The notes under the pieces were generated by a model that saw only the letters and a list, made by a program, of their open reading frames with translations, was not told the origin of the DNA and did no database searches. A program made the translations under genes and the position numbers. 64,000 nucleotides of DNA from positions 5,920,001-5,984,000 of the forward strand of contig OZ244207.1 in NCBI GenBank assembly GCA_965216875.1. The letters are read 5' to 3'. Origin of the DNA: Rubripirellula sp. Lineage in GTDB: Bacteria > Planctomycetota > Planctomycetia > Pirellulales > Pirellulaceae. This document shows, one piece after another, positions 18,259-27,832 of this stretch (position 1 is its first letter; the number at the start of each line of letters is the position of its first letter).

Positions 18259-18969
18259 ATGAGAATCCGCATTTTGCAGCATTCGGCCGCCGATGGCCCA
18301 GCGGCCGCCACCGATACCCTCGAGCGGATCGACGCGGAAGTGATCACGACTCGCGTCGACAAAGGCGATCCGATTCCCAAAGAGCCAGACGCCGACATGC
18401 TGATGCTGTTTGGTGGCGCGTGCTCGTTGACCGCGAGTGAACTTCCCGAGTGGGTCGCTCCTGAGCAGGAACTGATCCGCAAGTACGCCGATTCGGATCG
18501 CAAGGTATTTGGGATCTGCTTTGGCGCTCAGTTGGTCGCGTCCGCACTTGGCGCAGCGGTGCGTCGCAACGAACAACCCGAGATTGGTTGGCATCGCATT
18601 GAAAAAGTAGCCGGTTCCGCTTCTCCACTCATCGACGAAACGTTTGACGAGTCGACGACCGTGTTGCAATGGCACCAAGACACGTTTTCGATTCCCGACG
18701 GCGCGTCGCATCTTTTCCAATCGGATGCCTGTGTCCATCAAGCCTACGGAATCGATGACCGTGTGATTGGATTTCAGTTTCACCTCGAAGCCAACGAGCG
18801 CACCGTACGCCTGTTCCTCGCCGCATCAGAGAAGTGGAAACTCGAAGGCGAGCATGTTCAAACGCCCGATGAAATCATCGCGGGAATCGAAAAGCATTTG
18901 CAGAACCAGAACATGGTGTTGGAACGGTTCCTGGAGCGTTGGATTGGGCCCGTGAGCCGAACGCACTAG
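18259..18969 (+). CDS. Class I glutamine amidotransferase-like protein
   Basis: GICFGAQL nucleophile elbow, WHQD, FQFHLE. Confidence 0.92.
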   Translation: MRIRILQHSAADGPAAATDTLERIDAEVITTRVDKGDPIPKEPDADMLMLFGGACSLTASELPEWVAPEQELIRKYADSDRKVFGICFGAQLVASALGAAVRRNEQPEIGWHRIEKVAGSASPLIDETFDESTTVLQWHQDTFSIPDGASHLFQSDACVHQAYGIDDRVIGFQFHLEANERTVRLFLAASEKWKLEGEHVQTPDEIIAGIEKHLQNQNMVLERFLERWIGPVSRTH

Positions 18970-19200
18970 CGCGGGCAAGCAAAGATTCCGGCTAAAGCTC
19001 GGTACTACGAACCCCGTGAGCCGAACGCGCTAGCGTCGGGCCTTGCGATCTTCGACGCGTATGCGGCTGTCATGCGGAGCATGACCTACGAAGAGGACGC
19101 GGAGCGTCCGAAGAGGGCGTTACCACGCGGAGCGGGGTAACGAGGTGTGAGAGGGCGTTACCACGCGGAGCGGGGTAACGAGGTGCGATCACGGCTCACA
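18951..19200. repeat. Composite REP-like palindrome cluster
   Basis: CCGTGAGCCGAACGC x2; AAGATTCCGGCTAAAGCTCGGTACTACGAA; hairpins centred on GCGGAGC; tandem GAGGGCGTTACCACGCGGAGCGGGGTAACGAGGTG. Confidence 0.88.
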
Positions 19201-20370
19201 AATCTGGCTGCAGACCCACTGCATTCTCGGCAAATGAAATGGTCCTTTCCAAAGGTTGCCTTTGAGTCGACTACTGACGGAGCCGTCGCGATGAAGGTAA
19301 CCAAACCATTCGCCATGATGGGGGTCGGGGAAATGAGCGTAGGTCCAATCGTGAATTTGCTTGTGCCAATCGGCGTACTTTGAATCACCCGTCAATTCAT
19401 GAGCCAACAGGGTTGCGATGATCGTTTCGTTTTGAGGCCACCAAAACTTCATGTCATGCCAATACTCTTGCACCGGCCCGCCATGCAAATCGACAAAGTA
19501 GAGCATTCCGCCATGTTGTTTGTCCCATCCACGATGCCACATCCAGTCGAGCATTCGGCAGCCTAACTGAATCAGTTCCCGATCCTCGCGTCGCTTGCCT
19601 TCGTGCATGATGAACCACGCCCCTTCGATCGCGTGCCCCGGATTGAGCGTCCGACCGTCAAAGTGGTTGATCACTTGCCCATCGATGCCAACCGTTTCCA
19701 TCACACACTTCAGATCTGGCTTGATGTGAAACCTGCGAATCGCGTCGATGCTTTGATCGATCCAGTGATCGGCATCTTCGAGTCCGATCGATTGCCGCAA
19801 TTCTTGGGCTGTCACGATCGTGATCATCGGAAAGCCGATCCCACGTGTTGGTCTCACGTCGGTGAACTTGGGGCTGGGGTCTACGTCGTGAAGGTTGTGG
19901 TCGATGAATTGCTGAAAACAGCGTTTGGCAAGTTTGGCGTAGTGATCGTAACGCGCCGGATCGTCTTTCGAAGCAAGTGCCAACTCACCGAACGCGATCG
20001 CCGCAAAACTCTCGCTGAACGCGTACCTTCGCTTGCGAATCGGACGACCATCACGAGTCACGTGAAACCACATCCGGCCATCACTGGAATCGAAACAATG
20101 CTTTTCCAGAAAGTCGGCACCGTGACGCGCGAGCTCGAGCCATTGGTCGTTGGGATCGAGTTGGTTGTACAGCTCCGCCAAGAGCCAAGTGAATCTGCCC
20201 TGTTGCCAAACACCTTTGTCGGTGTCAACGACTGTCCCATCCTGGTCCAGAGCCATCATGAACCCGCCCTGCTGGCGATCGACACAATGAGAAATCCAGA
20301 AGGGCAACGTGTCTTGCAGAAGACCGCCACGATAGATCTCAAATAGCTCTTTGCGTCGCGCGGCGTCCAT
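19189..20370 (-). CDS. AGE-family N-acylglucosamine 2-epimerase
   Basis: KGVWQQGR, NPGHAIE, KFWWPQNE, GEWFGYLHRDG, KGPFHLPR motifs. Confidence 0.92.
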   Translation of the reverse strand: MDAARRKELFEIYRGGLLQDTLPFWISHCVDRQQGGFMMALDQDGTVVDTDKGVWQQGRFTWLLAELYNQLDPNDQWLELARHGADFLEKHCFDSSDGRMWFHVTRDGRPIRKRRYAFSESFAAIAFGELALASKDDPARYDHYAKLAKRCFQQFIDHNLHDVDPSPKFTDVRPTRGIGFPMITIVTAQELRQSIGLEDADHWIDQSIDAIRRFHIKPDLKCVMETVGIDGQVINHFDGRTLNPGHAIEGAWFIMHEGKRREDRELIQLGCRMLDWMWHRGWDKQHGGMLYFVDLHGGPVQEYWHDMKFWWPQNETIIATLLAHELTGDSKYADWHKQIHDWTYAHFPDPHHGEWFGYLHRDGSVSSRLKGNLWKGPFHLPRMQWVCSQICEP

Positions 20371-20373
20371 CGT

Positions 20374-22947
20374 TCACTTCATCGTGTAGATCGTCAGCCC
20401 GTCGAGGTCGCGTTGCGACGCAGGCAGCAGGTAACTGGCAACGTACCCAACCAAGAAACAGGTTGTGATACCGATGGTGGTGAACAGGTATCCCGAAACC
20501 ACTCGCGAGTACCAAAGTGCGATCATGATCGCCGCACCTGCAAGCGCCCCAACGAGCGCGCCGGGTCCACTGGCGTGCTTTGTCAAAGCGCCAAGCACAA
20601 ACAACCCGCCGAGCACACCCATAAAGACTCCGATCACCATCAAGAATTCGTCAAACAACGACTTGATGTTGTCGTTCAAAAAAAGCAGCGCGATCAGCGT
20701 CCCGGCCACGCCTATCGAAAAGGTGATCCAGCGTGCCGCCGAAAGGTAACCTGCTTCCGTACGACAAAGCTCAAGCGGTCGAAAAAAGTCCGTCACGATG
20801 GTCGTTGCCGTCGAGTTCATGCTTGTCGAAACGGTCGACTGGGCCGCGGCGAACACGCCTGCAACGATCAACCCTGCCAGCCCGATCGGCATTTCTCTAG
20901 CGATGAACAACGGAAAGACTTGGTCGGTCGTCATCGTTGGGTCGAGCCGTTCAGGATGCGACTTGTAAAACGCAAACAATCCCGCACCAATGCCGAAAAA
21001 CAGGATCGTTGCGGGAATGGTCAGGGCAGCGTTGGTCCAAATCGAACGGGCCGCGAGTTTTTGCGACGGCGTGGTCATGTATCGTTGCACGACCGCTTGG
21101 TCACCGGTGTAGGACGACAAGTTTTGCCCAATCCCCCCGATGATGATCACCCAAAGAGCAACTTGAGTGCTGGTGGCATCCCACCCAAAGTTTGCAATGC
21201 GAAACTTGTCGGCTTCGGATGCTGTCGCAACAAATCCGCTCGCCCCACCGTCGATTCCGGCGACCAAGACATAGATCGCCACACAGGCACCTCCCATCAA
21301 CACGAACGTTTGAATGGTGTCGGTCCAGATCACCGCTTCGATGCCGCCCATCGTGCAATAGACAATGCTCAGCACGCCCATCAACAAAACCGATTGCGTC
21401 GGCGTTAACGGCGTTGCGACCGCGATGGCAAGTCCTGTAAGTGACATCACGACTGCCATGCGAAAGATATGGAACAGCGTGAAGCTGACACTGCCAAACC
21501 AACGCACCATGCGATTGAAGCGCTTTTCGAGGTATTCGTAGGCGCTCGTCGCATCGATCCTTCGGTAGAACGGCAACGCGACATAAACCGCGACGATCGC
21601 GACAACGGGAATCATGAAGTTGCCAACGGCGTAAACACAATCTTGGGCGTACGATTTTGAGGGGACTCCGGTGTAGGTCAGTGAACTGAGCATCGTCGCG
21701 AAAATGCTGCATCCGGCAGCCCACCATGGGATCGCTTTGCCGCCCCGAAAGTAATCGTTCGTGTCTTTGTTCTTGCCGGCGAAGTAGATTCCGACGGCAA
21801 CGATGGCCAATAGGTAGACGACCAACACCACGTAGTTGACCGTTCCAAACTCGGACTTGGTTGACCGCGGAGTGACTTTCCAAACCTTGGGCGATCGGAC
21901 GCGCGGACAGACTTCGCCACTCGGAATGATGATCGAATCGCCCCAGTCAACGGCAACGGTGGTGACGTGATTCCGCGGCGTCGGTCCAGCGTCGATCCAA
22001 GTATCAGTGATCGTGTGGTAGGAATATGCTCGCTTTGGAAAGCCGGGATGGTCATCGAGAAGGTCGTTTTCCTTTCCCCAAAACGAACCATCAGCGCCGC
22101 CGAGCACAAACAAATGACTTTGCCCGAAACCGATTCCGGTTCCTGCCATCACGCAGTGAGGGATCGCGGTTCGCTCGCGCCAAGACCTGGTTGCAGGGCA
22201 GTATTCCCAAACGTCCTTCAGAAACTCAGTCGCCTCACCCTCCTGTCGGCGCCCACTGATCACATAAAGACAGTCGTGAAAACCGTTGTGCTGCGCCGCC
22301 GCAATATGCAGCGCACGCGTCGGAGCCGGCATCGGGTCATGAACTTTCCATCCAAAATCCGATTCGCCTTCGGCTGAAAGATCAAGCGACCAAAGGTCCG
22401 AGGTCGCTGTATCGAGACCGTTTCCCGATTGCCCCGCGACCACGTAAAGGGTTGATCCAACAACGGCGGCCGACGTGAACGCGCACGGTTTTGGTAGGGG
22501 CGGTAATTGCTCGGTCGATACCTTGCCCGCGCCGTCATATTGCAGTCGATAGACGTCCTCGAAAGTGGTGGTCGAATCGTTGCCGCCAAGGCAGATCACG
22601 CCGCTCGGTGTCGAGACTGCGGCGCCATAGGCCGTTGGCCTGGGCAGCCTACCGACTTCACTCCACTCAAGCTCGCCTTGATCCCCGAGCGGCAAGACGT
22701 AGATGGCATCGTGCCACGCTTTGTCGTTTTCCCAAACCGGTTTGGCAAAGTTCGCACCACCGGCAACGATCAGCGCGTCGTTATGGATTCCCGCAAACGG
22801 ACCTGCAACTCCGAGTTCGCCCGGGATCGACGGCAACTCGCTCCATTCGAGCAAGTCGTCGGCCGAAGCGTTGTGTGATCTTGCGACACCGAGGAAACTC
22901 GCGAGCGCAACGCTGCAGAGCACAAGCCATTTACGAATACCAATCAT
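20374..22947 (-). CDS. Kelch-repeat (NanM-like) domain fused to sodium:solute symporter
   Basis: Signal peptide; VAGGANF and repeated GG...W Kelch blades; SSS motifs [36 protein letters not shown] 22947 overlaps the upstream TGA. Confidence 0.9.
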   Translation of the reverse strand: MIGIRKWLVLCSVALASFLGVARSHNASADDLLEWSELPSIPGELGVAGPFAGIHNDALIVAGGANFAKPVWENDKAWHDAIYVLPLGDQGELEWSEVGRLPRPTAYGAAVSTPSGVICLGGNDSTTTFEDVYRLQYDGAGKVSTEQLPPLPKPCAFTSAAVVGSTLYVVAGQSGNGLDTATSDLWSLDLSAEGESDFGWKVHDPMPAPTRALHIAAAQHNGFHDCLYVISGRRQEGEATEFLKDVWEYCPATRSWRERTAIPHCVMAGTGIGFGQSHLFVLGGADGSFWGKENDLLDDHPGFPKRAYSYHTITDTWIDAGPTPRNHVTTVAVDWGDSIIIPSGEVCPRVRSPKVWKVTPRSTKSEFGTVNYVVLVVYLLAIVAVGIYFAGKNKDTNDYFRGGKAIPWWAAGCSIFATMLSSLTYTGVPSKSYAQDCVYAVGNFMIPVVAIVAVYVALPFYRRIDATSAYEYLEKRFNRMVRWFGSVSFTLFHIFRMAVVMSLTGLAIAVATPLTPTQSVLLMGVLSIVYCTMGGIEAVIWTDTIQTFVLMGGACVAIYVLVAGIDGGASGFVATASEADKFRIANFGWDATSTQVALWVIIIGGIGQNLSSYTGDQAVVQRYMTTPSQKLAARSIWTNAALTIPATILFFGIGAGLFAFYKSHPERLDPTMTTDQVFPLFIAREMPIGLAGLIVAGVFAAAQSTVSTSMNSTATTIVTDFFRPLELCRTEAGYLSAARWITFSIGVAGTLIALLFLNDNIKSLFDEFLMVIGVFMGVLGGLFVLGALTKHASGPGALVGALAGAAIMIALWYSRVVSGYLFTTIGITTCFLVGYVASYLLPASQRDLDGLTIYTMK

Positions 22948-23924
22948 CCGGTCGCCTCCGGACGTTTGTGGCCGCACCAGTCAAAGAATCCAATCGCGTC
23001 AAGTCTTTTCGCAAGCTCGTCGACTTGAGTCACCGACATCGATGGCAGCGGCTTGCGACACGGTCCGACCTGCATTCCTAGCCACTGCATCACCTGCTTG
23101 AGCGCCGCGTGGAATCCGAACGGCTTCATTTCTTCGATCATGCGGACCGACTTGAGCTGAAACTCGCGAGCGGTTTCCAGTTCACCTTGATCAAAGGCGG
23201 TCATCACACGGTGATAGAGTGGCGCGGCGATGTTGTAGGTGCTTCCAACCGCGCCCCGAGCTCCCGTCGCCAACGCGCCCAACAGCATTTCGTCGCACCC
23301 CCAAAGAATGTCGAACCTACCACCGTCGACTTGTTGGCAACTTTGGAATTCGTGCAACAACGTCGTCGTGTATTTCATTCCGACCAAGTTGCCGATCGTT
23401 TCACCGCCGCGATGGAGAAAGTCTTGCACATCGACTTGAGAACCGGTCAGCGCCGGGATGTGGTAGTAGTAAAACGGCAGTTCGGGTGCGCCACCGGCGA
23501 CATCGGCCATGCAGGCAACGAGCGACTCGGAGTCTGAGATTTTGAAGTATGACGGGCATGTCGCCGAAATCACGTCGGCACCCACTTGCGCGGCGTGTGC
23601 AGCCAACCCACGCGCTTCGGCAAGGCTGTTGTGCCCGACTTGAACGATCACCGGCACGCGACCAGCAACGACATCGACCGTCTCGTTGACGACGTCGCGC
23701 CGCTCCGCGATTGTCAACGAAACACCTTCACCCGTGCTGCCACAGACATAAAGTCCCCGAACGCCTGAGCCAAGCAACTGGTCGACCATCGGACCAATCG
23801 CCTCGAGGTTGGCGGCTCCGTCATCGCCCAGCGGAGTCGCCATCGCTGCGATCAAACCGGTCAAGGGAGGGCTCGTCAGAGGAGGAGCGGCCTGGGCCGC
23901 GCCGGACGTTGGAGGGTGATTCAT
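22944..23924 (-). CDS. nanA: N-acetylneuraminate lyase (DHDPS/NanA family)
   Basis: [28 protein letters not shown]; next to AGE and a SiaT-like symporter. Start at ATG 23924. Confidence 0.8.
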   Translation of the reverse strand: MNHPPTSGAAQAAPPLTSPPLTGLIAAMATPLGDDGAANLEAIGPMVDQLLGSGVRGLYVCGSTGEGVSLTIAERRDVVNETVDVVAGRVPVIVQVGHNSLAEARGLAAHAAQVGADVISATCPSYFKISDSESLVACMADVAGGAPELPFYYYHIPALTGSQVDVQDFLHRGGETIGNLVGMKYTTTLLHEFQSCQQVDGGRFDILWGCDEMLLGALATGARGAVGSTYNIAAPLYHRVMTAFDQGELETAREFQLKSVRMIEEMKPFGFHAALKQVMQWLGMQVGPCRKPLPSMSVTQVDELAKRLDAIGFFDWCGHKRPEATG

Positions 23925-24066
23925 GGAGTCGAAAAGGTGGGCGGCGGTTGGGGAGGGACAGCGCGAACGCTGCGTTTTACCGTTCAAATCGAGCAGACTC
24001 TTGGTGAGTTCGTCTCGGTATCGTACAACATTGCTTACTCGCAAACTGACGCCGGAGACAAAGCGG

Positions 24067-24990
24067 ATGGCAAAAAGCCTGGAAGAACGACTGGGAAAGA
24101 TTCACCAGGGAGATTGCATCAAGGGTCTAAAAAAACTGCCTGATGCATCGGTCCAGCTTGCCTTTGCTGACCCGCCATTCAACATCGGTTACGAGTACGA
24201 CGAATACGACGATCGCCTCGAGTCGGAAAAGTACCTTGAGTGGTCGCGCAAGTGGATGGAACAGATTCACCGCGTGCTCGAACCAACCGGATCCTTTTGG
24301 TTGGCGATCGGCGACGAGTATGCCGCCGAACTGAAGATCGAAGCTCAGAAGCTTGGTTTCCATACGCGCAATTGGGTCGTTTGGTACTACACCTTTGGTG
24401 TCCACTGCAAATCAAAATTCACGCGGTCTCACGCACACCTTTTCTACTTCGTCAAAGACCCCAAGACCTTTACCTTCAACGCCCAAGCGGTCGCTGTGCC
24501 ATCGGCTCGGCAACTTGTGTACGGTGACAGTCGAGCCAATCCGAATGGCCGCACACCCGACGACACTTGGATCTTGCGGCCTCAAGACTGCGAAGGCTTC
24601 TCGTCCGAAGAGGACACGTGGTACTTCCCGCGTGTGGCTGGAACCTTTAAAGAGCGCGCCGGTTTCCACGGTTGCCAAATGCCCGAACAACTGTTGGGAC
24701 GCATCATTCGCGCGTGCTCGAATGAAGACGACATCGTGATCGACCCGTTCTCGGGAAGCTCGACGACCGTGACGGTTGCCAAGAAACTTGGACGCCGATT
24801 CTTGGCGTACGAGTTGTCGAAGGAGTACGCTAAACTCGGCCGAAAACGATTGGCGGCCGCCGAGGTTGGCGACCGACTCGAAGGGGCTGAGGAACCCAAG
24901 GTCAGCGCCCCCGCGACCAAGAAAGGACGGACGCGAAAACCGAAGCCAAAGTCAAACAAAGACCAAGCCAAGTTTGACTTCGCAGGTTAA
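24067..24990 (+). CDS. Orphan N4/N6 DNA methyltransferase (beta class)
   Basis: DPPF catalytic motif precedes the DPFSGS SAM-binding motif; basic C-terminal tail. Start at ATG 24067. Confidence 0.9.
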   Translation: MAKSLEERLGKIHQGDCIKGLKKLPDASVQLAFADPPFNIGYEYDEYDDRLESEKYLEWSRKWMEQIHRVLEPTGSFWLAIGDEYAAELKIEAQKLGFHTRNWVVWYYTFGVHCKSKFTRSHAHLFYFVKDPKTFTFNAQAVAVPSARQLVYGDSRANPNGRTPDDTWILRPQDCEGFSSEEDTWYFPRVAGTFKERAGFHGCQMPEQLLGRIIRACSNEDDIVIDPFSGSSTTVTVAKKLGRRFLAYELSKEYAKLGRKRLAAAEVGDRLEGAEEPKVSAPATKKGRTRKPKPKSNKDQAKFDFAG

Positions 24991-25005
24991 AGCGAAGTGG
25001 ATCCA

Positions 25006-25237
25006 ACCTCGTTACCACGCTCCGCGTGGTAACGCAATCTTCGGACGCTCCGCGTCCTCTTCGTAGGTCATGCTCCGCATGACAGACGCTCGCACACACG
25101 CAAAAAACCGTAAGGCCCGACGCGAGCGCGTGCCGCTCACACGTTTGTAGTACCGCCTTTAGGCGGAAGAGCCCGAAGATTCCGGCTAAAGCTCGGTACT
25201 ACGAACAGGCCCCGACGCTAGCGTGTGCGGCTCACAC
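25006..25237. repeat. Composite REP-like palindrome cluster
   Basis: 25006-25085 is an inverted copy of 19067-19146; also a direct copy of AAGATTCCGGCTAAAGCTCGGTACTACGAA and GTGAGC-type units. Confidence 0.88.
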
Positions 25238-27800
25238 CTCGCTCCAGTCGCTTGATCTCTGTTTCAACATCCTCGCCTTCATAAAACCAAAGGCCTCCGG
25301 TGACTTCGACGGTTTCTCCTGGTGGGCAATCGGGAAAGATCGGATCGGCGTGAATGCAGGGAACCGGCGGGTTGGCCCAAGCTCGATTGAGAGGACTCCA
25401 GGAGGTGATCAACCAACGCGGTGATTCGTCCGCTTTGACGGCGATGAACGAGTCGCGTGCGAATTGAGCTCGCGGACTCTGTGACTGAAAACCAACCAGC
25501 CCTTTCATCATCACACAGACTTGTGATCGCAGTCCGGTGAGCTTTTCGTCGGTTCCATTGCGCAACCACATTCGCATCTCGACACCATCGTTGCCGTTGG
25601 GTTCGACTTCGCTTCCAAAGGTGATTCCGTTTGGAAGTTCGCGTTCAAACGAATACCGATCTCCGTTTCGCTTCCATTCGACTTTGTCGAGTTCAATCCC
25701 CTGCTCCGTCCAGATCGTCGGGATGTGTTCATGAGCCAGGTAGGTCAAACCGAGATTTGAAAAGATCGCTTCAGGAGTATCAACGACGACATAGCCGCCC
25801 TCTCGCCAGGGTGGAAAGATGCTGATTTTGGTGTCGCGTTGCGGGTCGATTGCTCCATCCAAGAAACCACGGCGGGGATGCCGGCCGCCTGGATACGGCA
25901 TCAGACGCAGCTTCGGTGGATCCTCTTTTGCGAATCCTCGCAACGTCATTTTGTTGACCAGATCGCGAGCTTCCTCAATAGGCATGCCTGTCGCCGCGCG
26001 TAGCTCGTGTGCCGTGAAGCGATGATGCATCACCATGTTCTCAAGCCATTGTTTGCGTCCCAGGATTCCGGTGAGCGGTCGCGATTGACGCTCGACTGCT
26101 TCTTCGTCCTCCAGTTCAGGAATGCTGCGATAGAACTCGAGTGCATCCTGGTACTCGGCCATCGCCGCTTCCGACACCACTCCGCGGCTGCGCAACATTT
26201 CGTCCCGCATCCGATTGACTAAATACTCTTTTTCTTCCGGTCGTATCTTCACCGGTTGATCATCGACTTGAACGTACCAGGGTGCAGTGTGTGCGAATCG
26301 CGGTCGCACCGCCGCCGACACTTCCTTGGCAGGCTCCTGTTCCCAAAAACGAATCGCAAACCAGCCGCTTCGATTCGGCACGTGGTACGTTTCCACTTCG
26401 CTGCGATAGGCTCCCGACTTGGTGCGATTGTTTTGAACGCGCAACAGCTTTTCAGGGCGACCATTGACAATGAGCTCGCCAAACCCAAGCGGTCGCTCGG
26501 ACATCGTTTCAATCTTGATCGGAATCGCAGCTTCTTTCTTCGAATCAATGAAAAAGCGTGTTCCAGGATCGTGCTCTGCTGCCTTCGCGAAGACCATTGG
26601 TCCCGTCGTCACGAACGAGCGTCCTTGTTGCAATCCTTCGCGCCAGGATTGGTAGTTGAACCCGTCAGGAAGATGGACGTAGACGCGGCCGAAACCGGCT
26701 GGGACGGGATGCACGCCGTTTGCAGTCCCTGCCGTTGGCGGCATCTTCAATCCGCAATTCAACAGCGAGTAATACATCCCCCAGGTAAACTCGATCCACT
26801 GGCGTTCGTTCCCCTCCGAACCACCGAAGGGAGGCTGAATAAAATTCGGCGCTGGCGTGTACCAACGTCGAAAACCGAACTCGGTGCGCCACATATGGTT
26901 GTTCGCCAACTCATAGGTCGCATCAGGCGCGATCGTTGGCAACAGCATTGCAAAGGGCCACGCGTTCTTGTCCATGTCAAACAAGACGTCGGGATCAGCG
27001 CGTCGAGATGCATCGACGACGGGTCGCCAGGGCGGAACGGTTAACTTGAGCGGACCCTTGTGACCCAAAACAAAGAGCGCACCAAGCGTGTGACGTTTCC
27101 CACCGACCGAAAAGATCTCGTACTCGGTATTGCGCGGCCAAACGACGTGGTGGTCGTCAATCACATGAAGCTCATCAGGAATTTCACCCACAACATTCTT
27201 GTTGCCTGCTGCGGGGGGCGTTTCCGCGATCGTCACCCAGTTTGTTAGCGGGAAAGCGACGTTGAGATCTTCAGCCATGACAACGTTGTCAATCTCGTCG
27301 AGCGTTCGATGAAGATGCGTGTCACCCGAATACCAACCGCGATCAGCCATGTTGATCCAACGATGAATCGGTGCCGTCAGAGCAACGTCGGCGTCATCTA
27401 CGATGAACGATTGCCGCAAGGTTTGGTATTCCTTGCCACGCCGAACGACCAACGTGTATTCACCGGGCGGAACCAGCGCGAAACTGGGGTGCGCCGAAAC
27501 GGTCGTGTGGTGCTCGATCGAGTTTTTATTGTTCCAGTTTTGTTTCTCGTACCGAGCGGCCGAACCAATGTCACTGGTTGACTCGAAAGAGTAATGTTTG
27601 CCCGAGTCATCAAAGAGGTAGACGCGCGCCGGAAGCGGCTCTTTCGTTTCGGCATCGAGAATCGTGAGCGAGACTCTGCGCTGCGGAAGCTCACTCCGTT
27701 GAAGCTTCCTCTCTTGCCCCGAATTCTCCTGCCCAGTCTTCTCTTGGGCAGATACGGGAACCGCGAACAAACCAACCAACAGAAATAGAAGAGTTCTCAT
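25218..27800 (-). CDS. CehA/McbA-like (PHP-fold) metallohydrolase with extra C-terminal domain
   Basis: Signal peptide; GWYSGDTHLHR, AGTANGVH, GRSFVTTGP, FAHTAPWY. Start at ATG 27800. Confidence 0.8.
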   Translation of the reverse strand: MRTLLFLLVGLFAVPVSAQEKTGQENSGQERKLQRSELPQRRVSLTILDAETKEPLPARVYLFDDSGKHYSFESTSDIGSAARYEKQNWNNKNSIEHHTTVSAHPSFALVPPGEYTLVVRRGKEYQTLRQSFIVDDADVALTAPIHRWINMADRGWYSGDTHLHRTLDEIDNVVMAEDLNVAFPLTNWVTIAETPPAAGNKNVVGEIPDELHVIDDHHVVWPRNTEYEIFSVGGKRHTLGALFVLGHKGPLKLTVPPWRPVVDASRRADPDVLFDMDKNAWPFAMLLPTIAPDATYELANNHMWRTEFGFRRWYTPAPNFIQPPFGGSEGNERQWIEFTWGMYYSLLNCGLKMPPTAGTANGVHPVPAGFGRVYVHLPDGFNYQSWREGLQQGRSFVTTGPMVFAKAAEHDPGTRFFIDSKKEAAIPIKIETMSERPLGFGELIVNGRPEKLLRVQNNRTKSGAYRSEVETYHVPNRSGWFAIRFWEQEPAKEVSAAVRPRFAHTAPWYVQVDDQPVKIRPEEKEYLVNRMRDEMLRSRGVVSEAAMAEYQDALEFYRSIPELEDEEAVERQSRPLTGILGRKQWLENMVMHHRFTAHELRAATGMPIEEARDLVNKMTLRGFAKEDPPKLRLMPYPGGRHPRRGFLDGAIDPQRDTKISIFPPWREGGYVVVDTPEAIFSNLGLTYLAHEHIPTIWTEQGIELDKVEWKRNGDRYSFERELPNGITFGSEVEPNGNDGVEMRMWLRNGTDEKLTGLRSQVCVMMKGLVGFQSQSPRAQFARDSFIAVKADESPRWLITSWSPLNRAWANPPVPCIHADPIFPDCPPGETVEVTGGLWFYEGEDVETEIKRLERGVSRTR

Positions 27801-27832
27801 GAGCCAGCCCGTTTCGTCTTTTTCATTCGAGG

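Noticed and set aside
24067..24990. Restriction-modification system
   Set aside because: No endonuclease or specificity subunit adjacent.
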